Of a stretch of 64,000 nt of DNA, positions 54,396 to 63,736 are shown piece after piece (the first letter of the stretch is position 1; every line of letters starts with the position of its first letter). Position numbers and translations under genes: made by a program. This DNA comes from Deltaproteobacteria bacterium (GTDB lineage: Bacteria > Desulfobacterota > Desulfobulbia > Desulfobulbales > SURF-16): positions 15,833-79,832 of the forward strand of contig JAOZSN010000001.1 in assembly GCA_029939635.1 (NCBI GenBank), written 5' to 3'. The notes under the pieces are model-generated. The model did no database searches. It saw nothing but the letters and a program-made list of their open reading frames with translations, and was not told where the DNA came from.

Positions 54396-55268
54396 ATGGG
54401 AATTAGGGTACGTTTTTTGATCATGATGGGAATTTTGAGCCTGTTGGCCCTCATTGCCTTGGGCTGGTCCAGCTATGAATTCAGTCGCCGGGCTGCCATG
54501 GATGAGGCAAAGAATAAAGCTGAGATTATTTTCAAATATCTCATGGCTCAACGGCAATTCTATAAAAAAGATCAGTCCCCCCTCATCTCTGAGCTTGTTG
54601 AAAAAGATCGCTTTTATCCAAGTCTCATGTCTGGCTTTGTGGCAACGCGCAAGACCTTTGATTATTTCACCAACACCATGCCAGGCTTTGTACTCAAATA
54701 TGCCTCCACCAATCCCCTCTTGGAGTCAAACCGTGCAGACAATAATGAACTGAAGATGATTAAAAGCTTCAAAACCACTCCATCAATGAAGGAGATGCAA
54801 GGCACCATGACCAAGAATGGCATTGATTTTTTCTACCATGCCATTCCCATGAAGGTTGATAATAAAAAATGCCTGAACTGCCATGGTGACCCGGCTGATG
54901 CTCCCAAGGATCAGGTAGAGATTTATGGTTCTACCCAAGGGTATAACTGGAAGATGGGAGAAATAGCCTCCACCTTGGTTATCTATATACCTATCTCTGG
55001 TGCCATTGCCCAGGCAAAGCAATCTGCTCTCATACTCCTTGGTATCGGTGCTGGTGGTCTGCTTTTCACCATGTTTTTTATTGGTATCTGGCTGGAGAAA
55101 GGGGTTGTTGAACCACTGGAGAAACTCAATGAAAGGACTGGTGAGATCAGTTTAGGTAAAAACCTTGATCAACCAGTCCCCATTAAGAGTAAAGATGAAA
55201 TTGGCTCCCTCGCCCGAGCCATTGATCGGCTCCGCATTAGTGTCGCCAGAATGTTGACTAGAAGATAA
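54396..55268 (+). CDS. DUF3365 (haem-c-type CxxCH) periplasmic sensor domain - TM - HAMP, no output domain
   Basis: N-terminal TM. DUF3365-like region with KKCLNCHGDPADAP. Second TM ALILLGIGAGGLLFTMFFIGIWL. HAMP (VVEPLEKLNERTGEISLGK...DEIGSLARAIDRLRISV). The ORF ends right after the HAMP domain. Confidence 0.8.
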   Translation: MGIRVRFLIMMGILSLLALIALGWSSYEFSRRAAMDEAKNKAEIIFKYLMAQRQFYKKDQSPLISELVEKDRFYPSLMSGFVATRKTFDYFTNTMPGFVLKYASTNPLLESNRADNNELKMIKSFKTTPSMKEMQGTMTKNGIDFFYHAIPMKVDNKKCLNCHGDPADAPKDQVEIYGSTQGYNWKMGEIASTLVIYIPISGAIAQAKQSALILLGIGAGGLLFTMFFIGIWLEKGVVEPLEKLNERTGEISLGKNLDQPVPIKSKDEIGSLARAIDRLRISVARMLTRR

Positions 55269-55361
55269 ACATTACCAAGGAACCACAGAATATCGAAGGG
55301 CGGCACTTTATCTAATTGGATAACTTCCATCCTTCGACATTCATTATTAGATATTAGCATT

Positions 55362-56090
55362 ATGAAAAATACTGTACTTACCCTTTTGATTGTAGCTATA
55401 CTCGCTCCCCAGGCCTGGGGAGCAGATTGCCTTGCTGTGCGTAAAAAAATTAGTCAGGAACGGGACATGCTTCGTAAGCGTGAACTGACCAAACAGGGCT
55501 TGAAAGATTGTCCTAATGATCCAGTGATCAATTTTACCTATGCCTACTCAATGGAACGATTTCGTAAATATAAAGACGCCTTGAAGCATTATAAAATTGC
55601 TACAAAGCTCGACCCTAAATACGCCAAGGGTTATTTTGGAATGGCAGATATGTATGTCCAACTTAACCAACCGGCCAAGGCTATCCCAGCCTACGAAAAA
55701 GGGTTATCCCTTGAGCCAAAAAACAAGCGGGCTAGTAAGTCTTTGGCTGCGGCAAAAGCTGAGGCAAAAAAAGCAGGAATCAGCATTGCTGCCCCAGCTG
55801 CTGCTGTGGTTCCGGTGGTGGCTCAAAATACGCCATCCAAAACCAAGCCTGCTGCCCCTGCAGCGAAGACTCCTCCTAAGAAATCAACTCCTGCAGCCAA
55901 AGTTGCCAGTAAAACACCAGGCCAGCCGTATGCCCCGCAACAAATGGTTGTCTTCCAACAAAGCCTGAATCAACTTCCAGTCATTGCCCTTCCCCTGCAG
56001 GGCGAAAAGATCCAGAGTATCAAATTCCAAATATCACAAAAAAAGGATAATACCGGTCTCAACGCAGACAAAAAAATACTGGCTAATTGA
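55362..56090 (+). CDS. TPR-repeat protein with Ala/Pro/Lys-rich linker (secreted/lipoprotein-like)
   Basis: Signal peptide MKNTVLTLLIVAILAPQAWGADC. TPR-like repeats (YAYSMERFRKYKDALKHYKIATKLDPKYAKGYFGMADMY...). AAPAAKTPPKK low-complexity region. Confidence 0.75.
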   Translation: MKNTVLTLLIVAILAPQAWGADCLAVRKKISQERDMLRKRELTKQGLKDCPNDPVINFTYAYSMERFRKYKDALKHYKIATKLDPKYAKGYFGMADMYVQLNQPAKAIPAYEKGLSLEPKNKRASKSLAAAKAEAKKAGISIAAPAAAVVPVVAQNTPSKTKPAAPAAKTPPKKSTPAAKVASKTPGQPYAPQQMVVFQQSLNQLPVIALPLQGEKIQSIKFQISQKKDNTGLNADKKILAN

Positions 56091-56119
56091 TCGATCTCTC
56101 CCCCCTGTCTAGTCTTGAA

Positions 56120-56833
56120 CTAAACTGGACATGTCACGGGCTCTATCCTCTTAATCCCCTGACAATCCAAGACAATCCTGAAATGGCGAAATGATTCTCC
56201 CTCGTCATTATGATAATGCTGCACCATATTAATATGGTATACACGCTCGCCCATTACTTGGCGTGGCTTACCTTTGTCCAGCAAATATACTGGTTTTAAG
56301 GGTGCATCCATACAGTGCAAGAAACGTTCGATGTTTAAGCGGGTAACAAGCTAAACCTCATAAATATCTATAAAATATCAGCATATGTCTTAAAGTTGAA
56401 TGATATTGAGTTTGGTAGCCATTTTTCATTATAATGCCACACATGCCTCCTTCCAGTAGAATTTCCATGTCACCAGATTTAAGGCCCCAAAGAATGTGAG
56501 ACTTTCTCTTTTGTAGCTGGTCTCTATTTTGTGGTGGCCACCTTTTTTTAACCAACCTCTAACCAGATAAGGTTCGGTTGAAAAGTGTGATTCGTCAAGG
56601 GCATAAATTTCAGTATCTCCCTTGAAAAGGATAGCCCTAACCTCTTCAATCATAGCTTGAACCCTTGCTGCTTTTTCTTTCTTGTTCGGAGCTCTAGCTG
56701 GAATGGTTTTGCTTGGCCTTTTGTAGGTGTAACCCATGGCATTAAGGGCACGAGTAACAGTATCTCCGCTGACAGATAAGCTAAGTTTCACTTCTGCGTC
56801 ATAAACAATAAGGGGTACCGACATTGTCCTCAT
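56120..56833 (-). pseudogene. Decayed IS630-family transposase remnant (frameshifted, N-terminally truncated)
   Basis: The 56429-56833 ORF carries IYALDESHFSTEPYLVRGW and SLTFFGALNLVT, typical of IS630/Tc1-mariner DDE transposases. The reading frame then breaks into at least three frames across 56120-56555. I found no terminal inverted repeats. Confidence 0.6.
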
Positions 56834-57058
56834 GGGTGAGACCTATTATCGCTTCCTGGTGTACACCCCAAACGGCGTTTTTGGACTGTTTTAAATTCAG
56901 AGCGTCTTGAATATCATGAACTACTCAACAGCACTTCATACTTCCACCCACCACTGGTTTTCCTTCCTGGATACGGTTTTTAATTTTCTTGCCGACCTGG
57001 AAATGGCCGCAAAGCAAGCCCGACTTGCCTTACTATACTAACAAGATAGAAAACAAAT

Positions 57059-58153
57059 ATGAGCACCCCATCCTTCCAAACATATCTTGCCTCCTGCCGT
57101 GACCTTTTAGCCGATTCTTCCGCCAAAACCATAGTTATTGGTAATGAGGCAGCTGATCTAGATTCCATGGCATCATCTCTGGCCTATGCCTATTTCCTGG
57201 CCTCTGAGAACCAGCAGAGTGATCAGCACTATATCCCGGTCATGCCCATCCCTCGCGCCGACTTTAAACTGCGCACCGAGGCGGTCTATGTCTTTAATAA
57301 GGCAGGCATTAACCTTAAAGAGGTTATCTTCTTTGATGAAATAGATCTAGCAGCGATTATGGCTGCCAATGGCAAACTGGTACTGGTGGATCATAACAAA
57401 CTGGCAGTAAACCTTGATTTCAGCGAAAAGGTAGTGGCTATTCTTGACCATCATGTGGATGAAAATCTCTATCAAACAGCCCAACCACGTATCATTGAAA
57501 TGGTGGGCTCCACTGCCACCCTGGTGAGCCAGGAGATCAACAAAAACGACTCGGCATTATTAGATAAAAAAATAGCCACCTTGCTCCTGGGCACCATTTT
57601 GCTGGATACGGTAAACCTGGTCCCAGAGGCTGGACGCGTGACACCTGCTGATAATGAGGCAGCCCAACTCCTTCTCCCCATATTTGCTGCTGATCAGCAC
57701 CATTTTTTCAACACGGTACAGGAAGAAAAATTTAATGTGGAATCCCTTTCCACCACTGATCTCCTACGCAAAGATTACAAGCAGTGGCAATTAGGTGAAG
57801 CAGCCTGCGGTATTGGTTCGGTATTAATGCCTGTTAAAAAATGGACCAAGCGTGACCCTGATCTTGCCAAGGCCTTTGTTGATTTTGCTATTGAGAGGGG
57901 GCTAGAGGTGCTGCTAGCCATGAATGCCTATACTGACCCTGATTTCAAAAGAGACTTGGTGATCTACGCCACCAACCAGGAGATGCATGATACATTGCTG
58001 AATGAGATGCAGGCCAAAGGATTAGAACTCAACACCATTGTCACTGCTGAAATTAACGAACCAAGTTTTGGGATTATTTCCTATTATAGCCAAGGAAATT
58101 TAGCTATTTCCCGCAAAAAATTACACCCGATCCTAAGTGATTTATTGGGATAA
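57059..58153 (+). CDS. DHH/DHHA2-family phosphoesterase (exopolyphosphatase/pyrophosphatase-like)
   Basis: GNEAADLDSMASSLAYAY (DxD), VLVDHNK, AILDHH (DHH motif), and a C-terminal DHHA2-like region. Confidence 0.85.
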   Translation: MSTPSFQTYLASCRDLLADSSAKTIVIGNEAADLDSMASSLAYAYFLASENQQSDQHYIPVMPIPRADFKLRTEAVYVFNKAGINLKEVIFFDEIDLAAIMAANGKLVLVDHNKLAVNLDFSEKVVAILDHHVDENLYQTAQPRIIEMVGSTATLVSQEINKNDSALLDKKIATLLLGTILLDTVNLVPEAGRVTPADNEAAQLLLPIFAADQHHFFNTVQEEKFNVESLSTTDLLRKDYKQWQLGEAACGIGSVLMPVKKWTKRDPDLAKAFVDFAIERGLEVLLAMNAYTDPDFKRDLVIYATNQEMHDTLLNEMQAKGLELNTIVTAEINEPSFGIISYYSQGNLAISRKKLHPILSDLLG

Positions 58154-58172
58154 GAGGGGCTGACTTGGTCAA

Positions 58173-58910
58173 CTAAAAGAGGCCCAACATTTCTGCTGTT
58201 TCCTCGTTATACTCCCCGTCCTTCTGCTGATAAATAAAGAGAGGGGGTAACACCTCCAGCTCCTCACCACCATTTTTTACCGCCTCCACCAAGAGCAATT
58301 TAGCCACACTGCCAGGGTAGGAGTGCACCAGGCGTAATCGTTTAGGTTGCAGACGAAACTGCTGTAGGGTGGAGAGCAAAAATGGTAACCGGCGGGCAGG
58401 ATAGACAAAGGCTACCCGACTTTTGTTCTTAACGCTGAAGGCTGCGCATTGCACAAAATCAACCAGCGTGCCTTGCAACTCATGACGGGCAATAGCCTGT
58501 TCAGAACCAGGGTTAAGACGCCCTGAATGCAATTTGCCGTAAGGAGGATTACACACCACCAAATCCATAGATTCAGGCTGTAGTCCCTGGCGCTGCCGGA
58601 CATCGCCAGGCACCACTATACAACGCGACATAAGATTATTTTCAGTGATATTGCGGCGAATGAGTGCAACCAGGGAAGGCTGCAACTCATAGAAAGTAAG
58701 GGAAATGGAAGGCTGCAAAAAAGCAGCCAGAATACCAACAACACCACTACCTGCCCCGAGATCAAGAACAGAGGTATCAGGGCGCAGCAGAGAAAAACGA
58801 GCCAGCAGAATAGCATCAATGGAGAAGCGGTAGCCCTGGCGGTGCTGGCAGCAGATGAGCCTGCCACCAAGCAGGGTATCGTGCGTTATGTCCCCAAAGT
58901 CATCAGCCAA
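58173..58910 (-). CDS. SAM-dependent methyltransferase, tRNA(m6A37)/YfiC-like
   Basis: SAM motif VLDLGAGSGVVG and catalytic VVCNPPYG (the NPPY of N6-adenine/amino methyltransferases). Overlaps the upstream gene by 8 nt. Confidence 0.75.
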   Translation of the reverse strand: MADDFGDITHDTLLGGRLICCQHRQGYRFSIDAILLARFSLLRPDTSVLDLGAGSGVVGILAAFLQPSISLTFYELQPSLVALIRRNITENNLMSRCIVVPGDVRQRQGLQPESMDLVVCNPPYGKLHSGRLNPGSEQAIARHELQGTLVDFVQCAAFSVKNKSRVAFVYPARRLPFLLSTLQQFRLQPKRLRLVHSYPGSVAKLLLVEAVKNGGEELEVLPPLFIYQQKDGEYNEETAEMLGLF

Positions 58911-60261
58911 GTTGTTCTTCGGAGACTATCTTCTGCATAAGCAGGCCGGTAAGAACCTTAGGATAAAAATAGGTGGACTTATGAGGCATAAAGAGATCTT
59001 TATCAGCTACCTGTTTCACCTGCTCCACCGGGGTATGGTTCATAAGAAAAAGGATGGGGCAAATCTCGCTATTTCTGGCCGACTCTTTGACAGCCTCATC
59101 CAAGGCAGCATCTGGATCACTAAAATAAAAAATGAGATCCTCATCATCACACTTGTCATGGCACAACCCCAATAGATGCTCAATAATGAGATCCGAAAGC
59201 ACCACCACATCCAGGCACCGCAGGGCCTCGTGTTGCCCTAATCCCAAGGCTTTTTCTAAAGCTCCCTCATTGAGGCCCAACAGAAAACAACGGTCTGAGG
59301 ATGGCAAATACATACCAAAGCTGGTCTGCCTACCAGACTCATCATCCATGCTGGCCAATACTGCAGCTATCTGTTCCTCTCGACTGCCACTGTCAAGCTC
59401 CTTCACCGCGAAATATGGTCCAAGTTTGTCAACCAAATCAGCAGCGGAGATCTCGCCCGGGTAATGCACCAACCTGTGGGTAGGCAACACTGACAAGCCC
59501 TCATCCTCCATGGGACAGAGGTACATCATAATATGATTATATGGGCTATCCAAAGCCACTGAGCCATGGCGTTCGATCATGGTTTCACGTAGACGCAGGG
59601 AGGTGGTATAGCGATGATGACCGTCAGCAATATAGACTGACCGATCCTTGAAAAAATTCTGCACATTACAGATAACATCTTTATTGGTCACAGCCCAGAT
59701 GGAATGGACACAGCCATCCTGATCCGCCACCTGATAGAGAGGATCGGCGGGACATGCACCCTCAAGTAGAGCCATCACCTCACCTTGGCTATCTGGGTAC
59801 AAGGAAAAAATCTGGCTAAACTGGGCCTGACAGGTATCAATGAGACGCAAACGATCATCGGTTACCCCACGGAAGGTCTTTTCATGGGGCTTAACCACCC
59901 CTTCATTAAACTCGTGGAGCCCCACCATGGCAGTGAACCCCTTACGCCGGCACTTCTTACCATTGGGCAAGGTATAGTCGGTGGTATAGAGATAAATGGC
60001 CAGCTCCTCATCGCGAATAAGAACCTGCTCCTGCTGCCAGGCAGCAAAGGTGTCTTTGGCACCCTCATAGCGGCTATCACTGATCTCAGTACCACCAAAT
60101 TTGGTGAGATCAAGATGGATCATATTATACTTGTTTCTTGACTCCAAGGCAGCCTGGGCCTCTGGACCGACTACATCGTAGGGCGGTGAAACCACATCTT
60201 CCATCTTATCAATCTTGGTGGGATTAAAACGAACTGCGCGGAACGGCGCTATTTCAGCCAT
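58903..60261 (-). CDS. DUF1015-family protein
   Basis: MAEIAPFRAVRFNP...VVSPPYDVV... and ADGHHRY motifs are characteristic of DUF1015. Confidence 0.85.
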   Translation of the reverse strand: MAEIAPFRAVRFNPTKIDKMEDVVSPPYDVVGPEAQAALESRNKYNMIHLDLTKFGGTEISDSRYEGAKDTFAAWQQEQVLIRDEELAIYLYTTDYTLPNGKKCRRKGFTAMVGLHEFNEGVVKPHEKTFRGVTDDRLRLIDTCQAQFSQIFSLYPDSQGEVMALLEGACPADPLYQVADQDGCVHSIWAVTNKDVICNVQNFFKDRSVYIADGHHRYTTSLRLRETMIERHGSVALDSPYNHIMMYLCPMEDEGLSVLPTHRLVHYPGEISAADLVDKLGPYFAVKELDSGSREEQIAAVLASMDDESGRQTSFGMYLPSSDRCFLLGLNEGALEKALGLGQHEALRCLDVVVLSDLIIEHLLGLCHDKCDDEDLIFYFSDPDAALDEAVKESARNSEICPILFLMNHTPVEQVKQVADKDLFMPHKSTYFYPKVLTGLLMQKIVSEEQLG

Positions 60262-60399
60262 GGGGAGACTCCTTTAAAAGCAGAAAAAAGGAAGTAAAGA
60301 AAGAGAGGAATAGAGACTGGCAGAAACGCTGTATTATCCATTCCCAACCTTCTTTATTTCTTTAAATTCTTTAATTCTCTGTTTCTTTATTTTTAGTGA

Positions 60400-60436
60400 C
60401 GATTGCCAGGGAAATAATTATACTACTGGCAATCGC
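60400..60436 (+). promoter_or_regulatory. Perfect 10-bp inverted repeat upstream of queD (operator or leader hairpin)
   Basis: cgattgccag (60400-60409) / ctggcaatcg (60427-60436) with a 17-nt AT-rich loop. 60 nt upstream of the queD ATG. Confidence 0.4.
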
Positions 60437-60496
60437 CACAACATGACAAAAACTTTCTTAATCGACAAGATAAAAAAAGAAAAATATGGAGCCTTT

Positions 60497-60868
60497 ATGT
60501 TTGATATCTTTATCCAAACCCATTTTTCCGCCGGTCATCATCTCCGTGACTACCCAGGTGACTGCGAAAAACCCCACGGTCATAACTGGAATATTGAAGT
60601 AACCGTGCGTGCCACAGAGCTTGACCCCCTTGGCATGGGTGTTGATTTTCGCACCGTCAAAAATGCCGTGGCAAAAGTGATGGACACCTTGGATCACCGT
60701 GATCTCAACACACATCCTGCCTTTCTTGATATAAATCCGTCCTCAGAAAACATTGCTGTCTATATCTTTGATAAACTTCAGGATCCACTTTCAGATAAGC
60801 GCTACGCCCTCTATTCAGTCATGGTTGGAGAGACCCCTACTTCGGGTGTAATCTATCGTGGTGCCTGA
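60497..60868 (+). CDS. queD: 6-carboxy-5,6,7,8-tetrahydropterin synthase
   Basis: FSAGHHLRDYPGDCEKPHGHNW is the QueD/PTPS Zn and catalytic motif. Start placed at the ATG at 60497, after GGAG. Confidence 0.9.
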   Translation: MFDIFIQTHFSAGHHLRDYPGDCEKPHGHNWNIEVTVRATELDPLGMGVDFRTVKNAVAKVMDTLDHRDLNTHPAFLDINPSSENIAVYIFDKLQDPLSDKRYALYSVMVGETPTSGVIYRGA

Positions 60869-61544
60869 GTCCAACACAAATTTACTGATCTCTGAGCTCT
60901 TCCACTCCATCCAGGGGGAGTCATCCTATGCTGGCTACCCCTGCGTATTCATCCGTCTTTCCGGGTGTAACCTACGCTGCAGTTACTGTGATGCCCAATA
61001 TACCTATAAGGAAAAGGGACGCTCGGTGGATCTGCAGGAGATCTTGCATTTTACTAGCACCTACCCAGCCAGCCTGGTGCAAATTACTGGCGGTGAACCG
61101 CTGCTCCAGGAAGCGGTCTATCCCCTAATGAACCTACTGCTGGCTGAAAACCGCTTGGTTCTTCTGGAGACCAATGGCAGTGTCAGTCTGAAAAAAGTCC
61201 CCACCGGGGTGATCAAAATCATGGATATAAAATGTCCTGATTCTGGTATGGCAGAAGAAATGCGGCTACGCAACCTGGAAATGCTGAGTCCCCAAGATGA
61301 ACTCAAATTTGTCTTGAGCTCCCGGAGTGACTATGACTGGGCCGTGGATTTCCTAAAGACCCATGTCCTGTTCTGCGAGATCCAAGGAGAACAACAGAGA
61401 CGACCAGCACTACTCTTTTCGCCGGTGGCAGGCCGCCTGGCCCCCAATGAGCTGGCGGAATGGATATTATCAGACCAGATCCCTGTTCGCCTGCAGTTAC
61501 AATTACATACTATACTTTGGCCCAATGAGACGCGCGGTTTTTGA
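60858..61544 (+). CDS. queE: 7-carboxy-7-deazaguanine synthase (radical SAM)
   Basis: ELFHSIQGESSYAGYPCVFIRLSGCNLRCSYCD is the QueE signature. Overlaps the queD 3' end. Confidence 0.9.
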   Translation: MVPESNTNLLISELFHSIQGESSYAGYPCVFIRLSGCNLRCSYCDAQYTYKEKGRSVDLQEILHFTSTYPASLVQITGGEPLLQEAVYPLMNLLLAENRLVLLETNGSVSLKKVPTGVIKIMDIKCPDSGMAEEMRLRNLEMLSPQDELKFVLSSRSDYDWAVDFLKTHVLFCEIQGEQQRRPALLFSPVAGRLAPNELAEWILSDQIPVRLQLQLHTILWPNETRGF

Positions 61545-61585
61545 CTGCCGGGGTCAGGGAATGATATTATTATTGGGAGAAAATA

Positions 61586-62179
61586 ATGGAAGAAACATTT
61601 GAAGAATTATTAGAAAGATCTACTAAAATACATGGTCATATCTGTGCCGGACAGGTCATTGGTGTTCGTATGTCCATCATTGGTCTACGTGAAATTGACA
61701 TTAACGAACCCCGGGGTGTTGACCGGAAAAAATTTTATGTCCTGGTGGAAATTGACAGGTGCGCCACTGACGCTATCCAATCAGTGACAGGATGTTCCCT
61801 TGGCAAGCGTTCCTTAAAATGGCTCGACTACGGCATCATGGCCGCCACCTTTGTGAATCTAGAAACAGGTAAGGCCGTGCGTATCACAGCCTTAGAAGAA
61901 TCGCGAGAACTGGCCAAAAAATACATGCCTGATATAGTAGGCAACAAATACCAGCAGCAGCTGGAAGCCTACCGTATCATGCCGGAAGAGGAATTATTTA
62001 AGATCGAACAGGTTAAAATTACCATCCCCGAAGAGGATATGCCGGGCCGCCCCTTAGGCCGTGTGCAATGCGATGGTTGTGGGGATTGGGTGCAAGATAT
62101 GCGCGCCATCGAAAAAGGCGGTAAAAATTTATGTAAAAGCTGCGCCTATGGCCGCTATTATAAGGTCATTAGCGCGTGA
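61586..62179 (+). CDS. FmdE-family protein with C-terminal zinc ribbon
   Basis: HGHICAGQVIGVRM and DRCATDAIQ motifs are typical of the FmdE-like family. C-terminal CDGCGD...CKSC. Confidence 0.8.
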   Translation: MEETFEELLERSTKIHGHICAGQVIGVRMSIIGLREIDINEPRGVDRKKFYVLVEIDRCATDAIQSVTGCSLGKRSLKWLDYGIMAATFVNLETGKAVRITALEESRELAKKYMPDIVGNKYQQQLEAYRIMPEEELFKIEQVKITIPEEDMPGRPLGRVQCDGCGDWVQDMRAIEKGGKNLCKSCAYGRYYKVISA

Positions 62180-63177
62180 TAGATTCCTTTTCCAGCACAG
62201 ACACATCCTTTAGTGATCTACAACCGCATCAAGTTCTGGAGGCCGTGGAGCAGGGCCTTGGCCTGCCGAGCACGGCTATCTGCCGTCCCCTTAATTCATA
62301 TATTAATCGAGTCTATGAGATTGTCTTGGAAAATGGTGATACGGTCATTGCCAAATTCTATCGTCCTGGCCGTTGGCTACCGGCAGCCCTGGAGGAAGAG
62401 CATGAGTTTACCAGAGAACTGCTAGACCTTGACCTTCCAGTCATTGCCCCTTTTCGTCTCACCAACGATCATACCCTGGCCCAAAGTAATGGTATCACCT
62501 TTGCCATCTTCCCCAAAAAAGGTGGCCGTTTTTTAGACGAGTTAACGGAAGATCAGTGGGTTGAATTTGGCCATCTCTTAGGCCGACTGCACCGTGCTGG
62601 AGCCCGTAAACCATGCTCAACTAGGGTTACCTTGAAACCAGATGATATCACCACCCAACAGGTAGCAAACCTACTCAAAGGTAACTTCATCCCGGCAGAG
62701 ATTCGAGATGCCTATGCCCAAGAGACATCCAGCCTCTTGACCCTGATTACCCCTTTCTTTAGCAATACCCCTCTCTGCCGTATCCATGGAGACTGCCATT
62801 TTGGCAACATCATCTATCGCCCTGGAGAATCCTTTTTTCTATTTGACTTTGATGACATGGCCAATGGCCCGGCAGTACAAGATTTTTGGATGATGCTGCC
62901 TGGGTATCACCATGAATGTCTTTACGAAATTGAACTTTTTTTGGAAGGCTATGAGACGTTTCAAGCCTTTGATCGACGCCAACTGGCCCTCATAGAACCG
63001 CTGCGCGCCATGCGCTACATCCATTTTTGTGCCTGGTGTGCCCACCAGGCAGCCCAGGGAGGAGTTGACCCTGCAGTTGTCAACAACTGGGGAACTGGTG
63101 ATTATTGGTTACAGGAGATAAGGGATCTGCGTCAGCAGCGAGAAAGGATAGAGCTAAGCCTGGAACAGGTCAGCTAA
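62176..63177 (+). CDS. srkA: Stress-response serine/threonine kinase SrkA (YihE/RdoA family)
   Basis: LNSYINRVYEI, KFYRPGRW, HGDCHFGNII, FDFDDMANGPAVQDFWMML and LIEPLRAMRYIH are collinear with E. coli SrkA. Confidence 0.85.
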   Translation: MIDSFSSTDTSFSDLQPHQVLEAVEQGLGLPSTAICRPLNSYINRVYEIVLENGDTVIAKFYRPGRWLPAALEEEHEFTRELLDLDLPVIAPFRLTNDHTLAQSNGITFAIFPKKGGRFLDELTEDQWVEFGHLLGRLHRAGARKPCSTRVTLKPDDITTQQVANLLKGNFIPAEIRDAYAQETSSLLTLITPFFSNTPLCRIHGDCHFGNIIYRPGESFFLFDFDDMANGPAVQDFWMMLPGYHHECLYEIELFLEGYETFQAFDRRQLALIEPLRAMRYIHFCAWCAHQAAQGGVDPAVVNNWGTGDYWLQEIRDLRQQRERIELSLEQVS

Positions 63178-63590
63178 GCATCTACCTTTGCCGTAGAGAG
63201 TGGAGCGGTGTATGACTGACTGGTCAACCAGATGCACGCATCAATAAGGGAGTCAAAAACCGCGACCTCGATATCTTCATTCCAGCCACCACTGAGTAAT
63301 TCATACAACCGGGCCATACCATACTCCATGGTGCCGCTCACCAGCACGGCACTCTTACCCACCGGTCGCTTTGGCCTGTTGCGCAAACCAATGGCAATAT
63401 TATTTTAAAAATCCTCAACGGTTATGTTACCCACTGAGGCCTGGGTAACATCAAATAAAACCAGCGGGATAGGGTTGTTAGCGAAAAATCGCTCAGTAAG
63501 GGTAAGGAGTTTAGCACCCAGTAACTCCCCTGAAATTTTATAGACCGTCACGTCACTATCAAGATCAGAAAGCTTTTCAATTTCCGCCAT
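63174..63590 (-). pseudogene. Small (~138-codon) gene interrupted by one in-frame TAA (STAS/SpoIIAA-like fold is a guess)
   Basis: ORFs 63405-63590 and 63174-63386 are in the same frame. The only interruption is the TAA at 63405-63407, and the intervening 18 nt read NNIAIG. Confidence 0.5.
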
Positions 63591-63736
63591 AGCTACCTCG
63601 CCATTAAAAGAGTAGATCTTTAAAAATGGTACTTAAAAATCCTAGCGAATATTTTGATTCTCTGTCATTTTTTATACCGCCCATTTTCTGTAATTTTCAT
63701 CTTTTGTCTCCATTCTTTTTCTGCTAAATTAAAAGG

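Noticed and set aside
60400-60496. Confident preQ1 riboswitch call upstream of queD
   Set aside because: The stem (10 bp) and loop (17 nt) are much larger than the preQ1-I aptamer. I could not match the conserved loop or tail nucleotides from memory. Kept only as a low-interest item to test.
63405-63407. Programmed recoding (selenocysteine, pyrrolysine or readthrough) at the in-frame stop
   Set aside because: The codon is TAA, not TGA or TAG, and I see no downstream stem-loop resembling a SECIS or PYLIS element. A nonsense mutation or base-call error is the simpler explanation.
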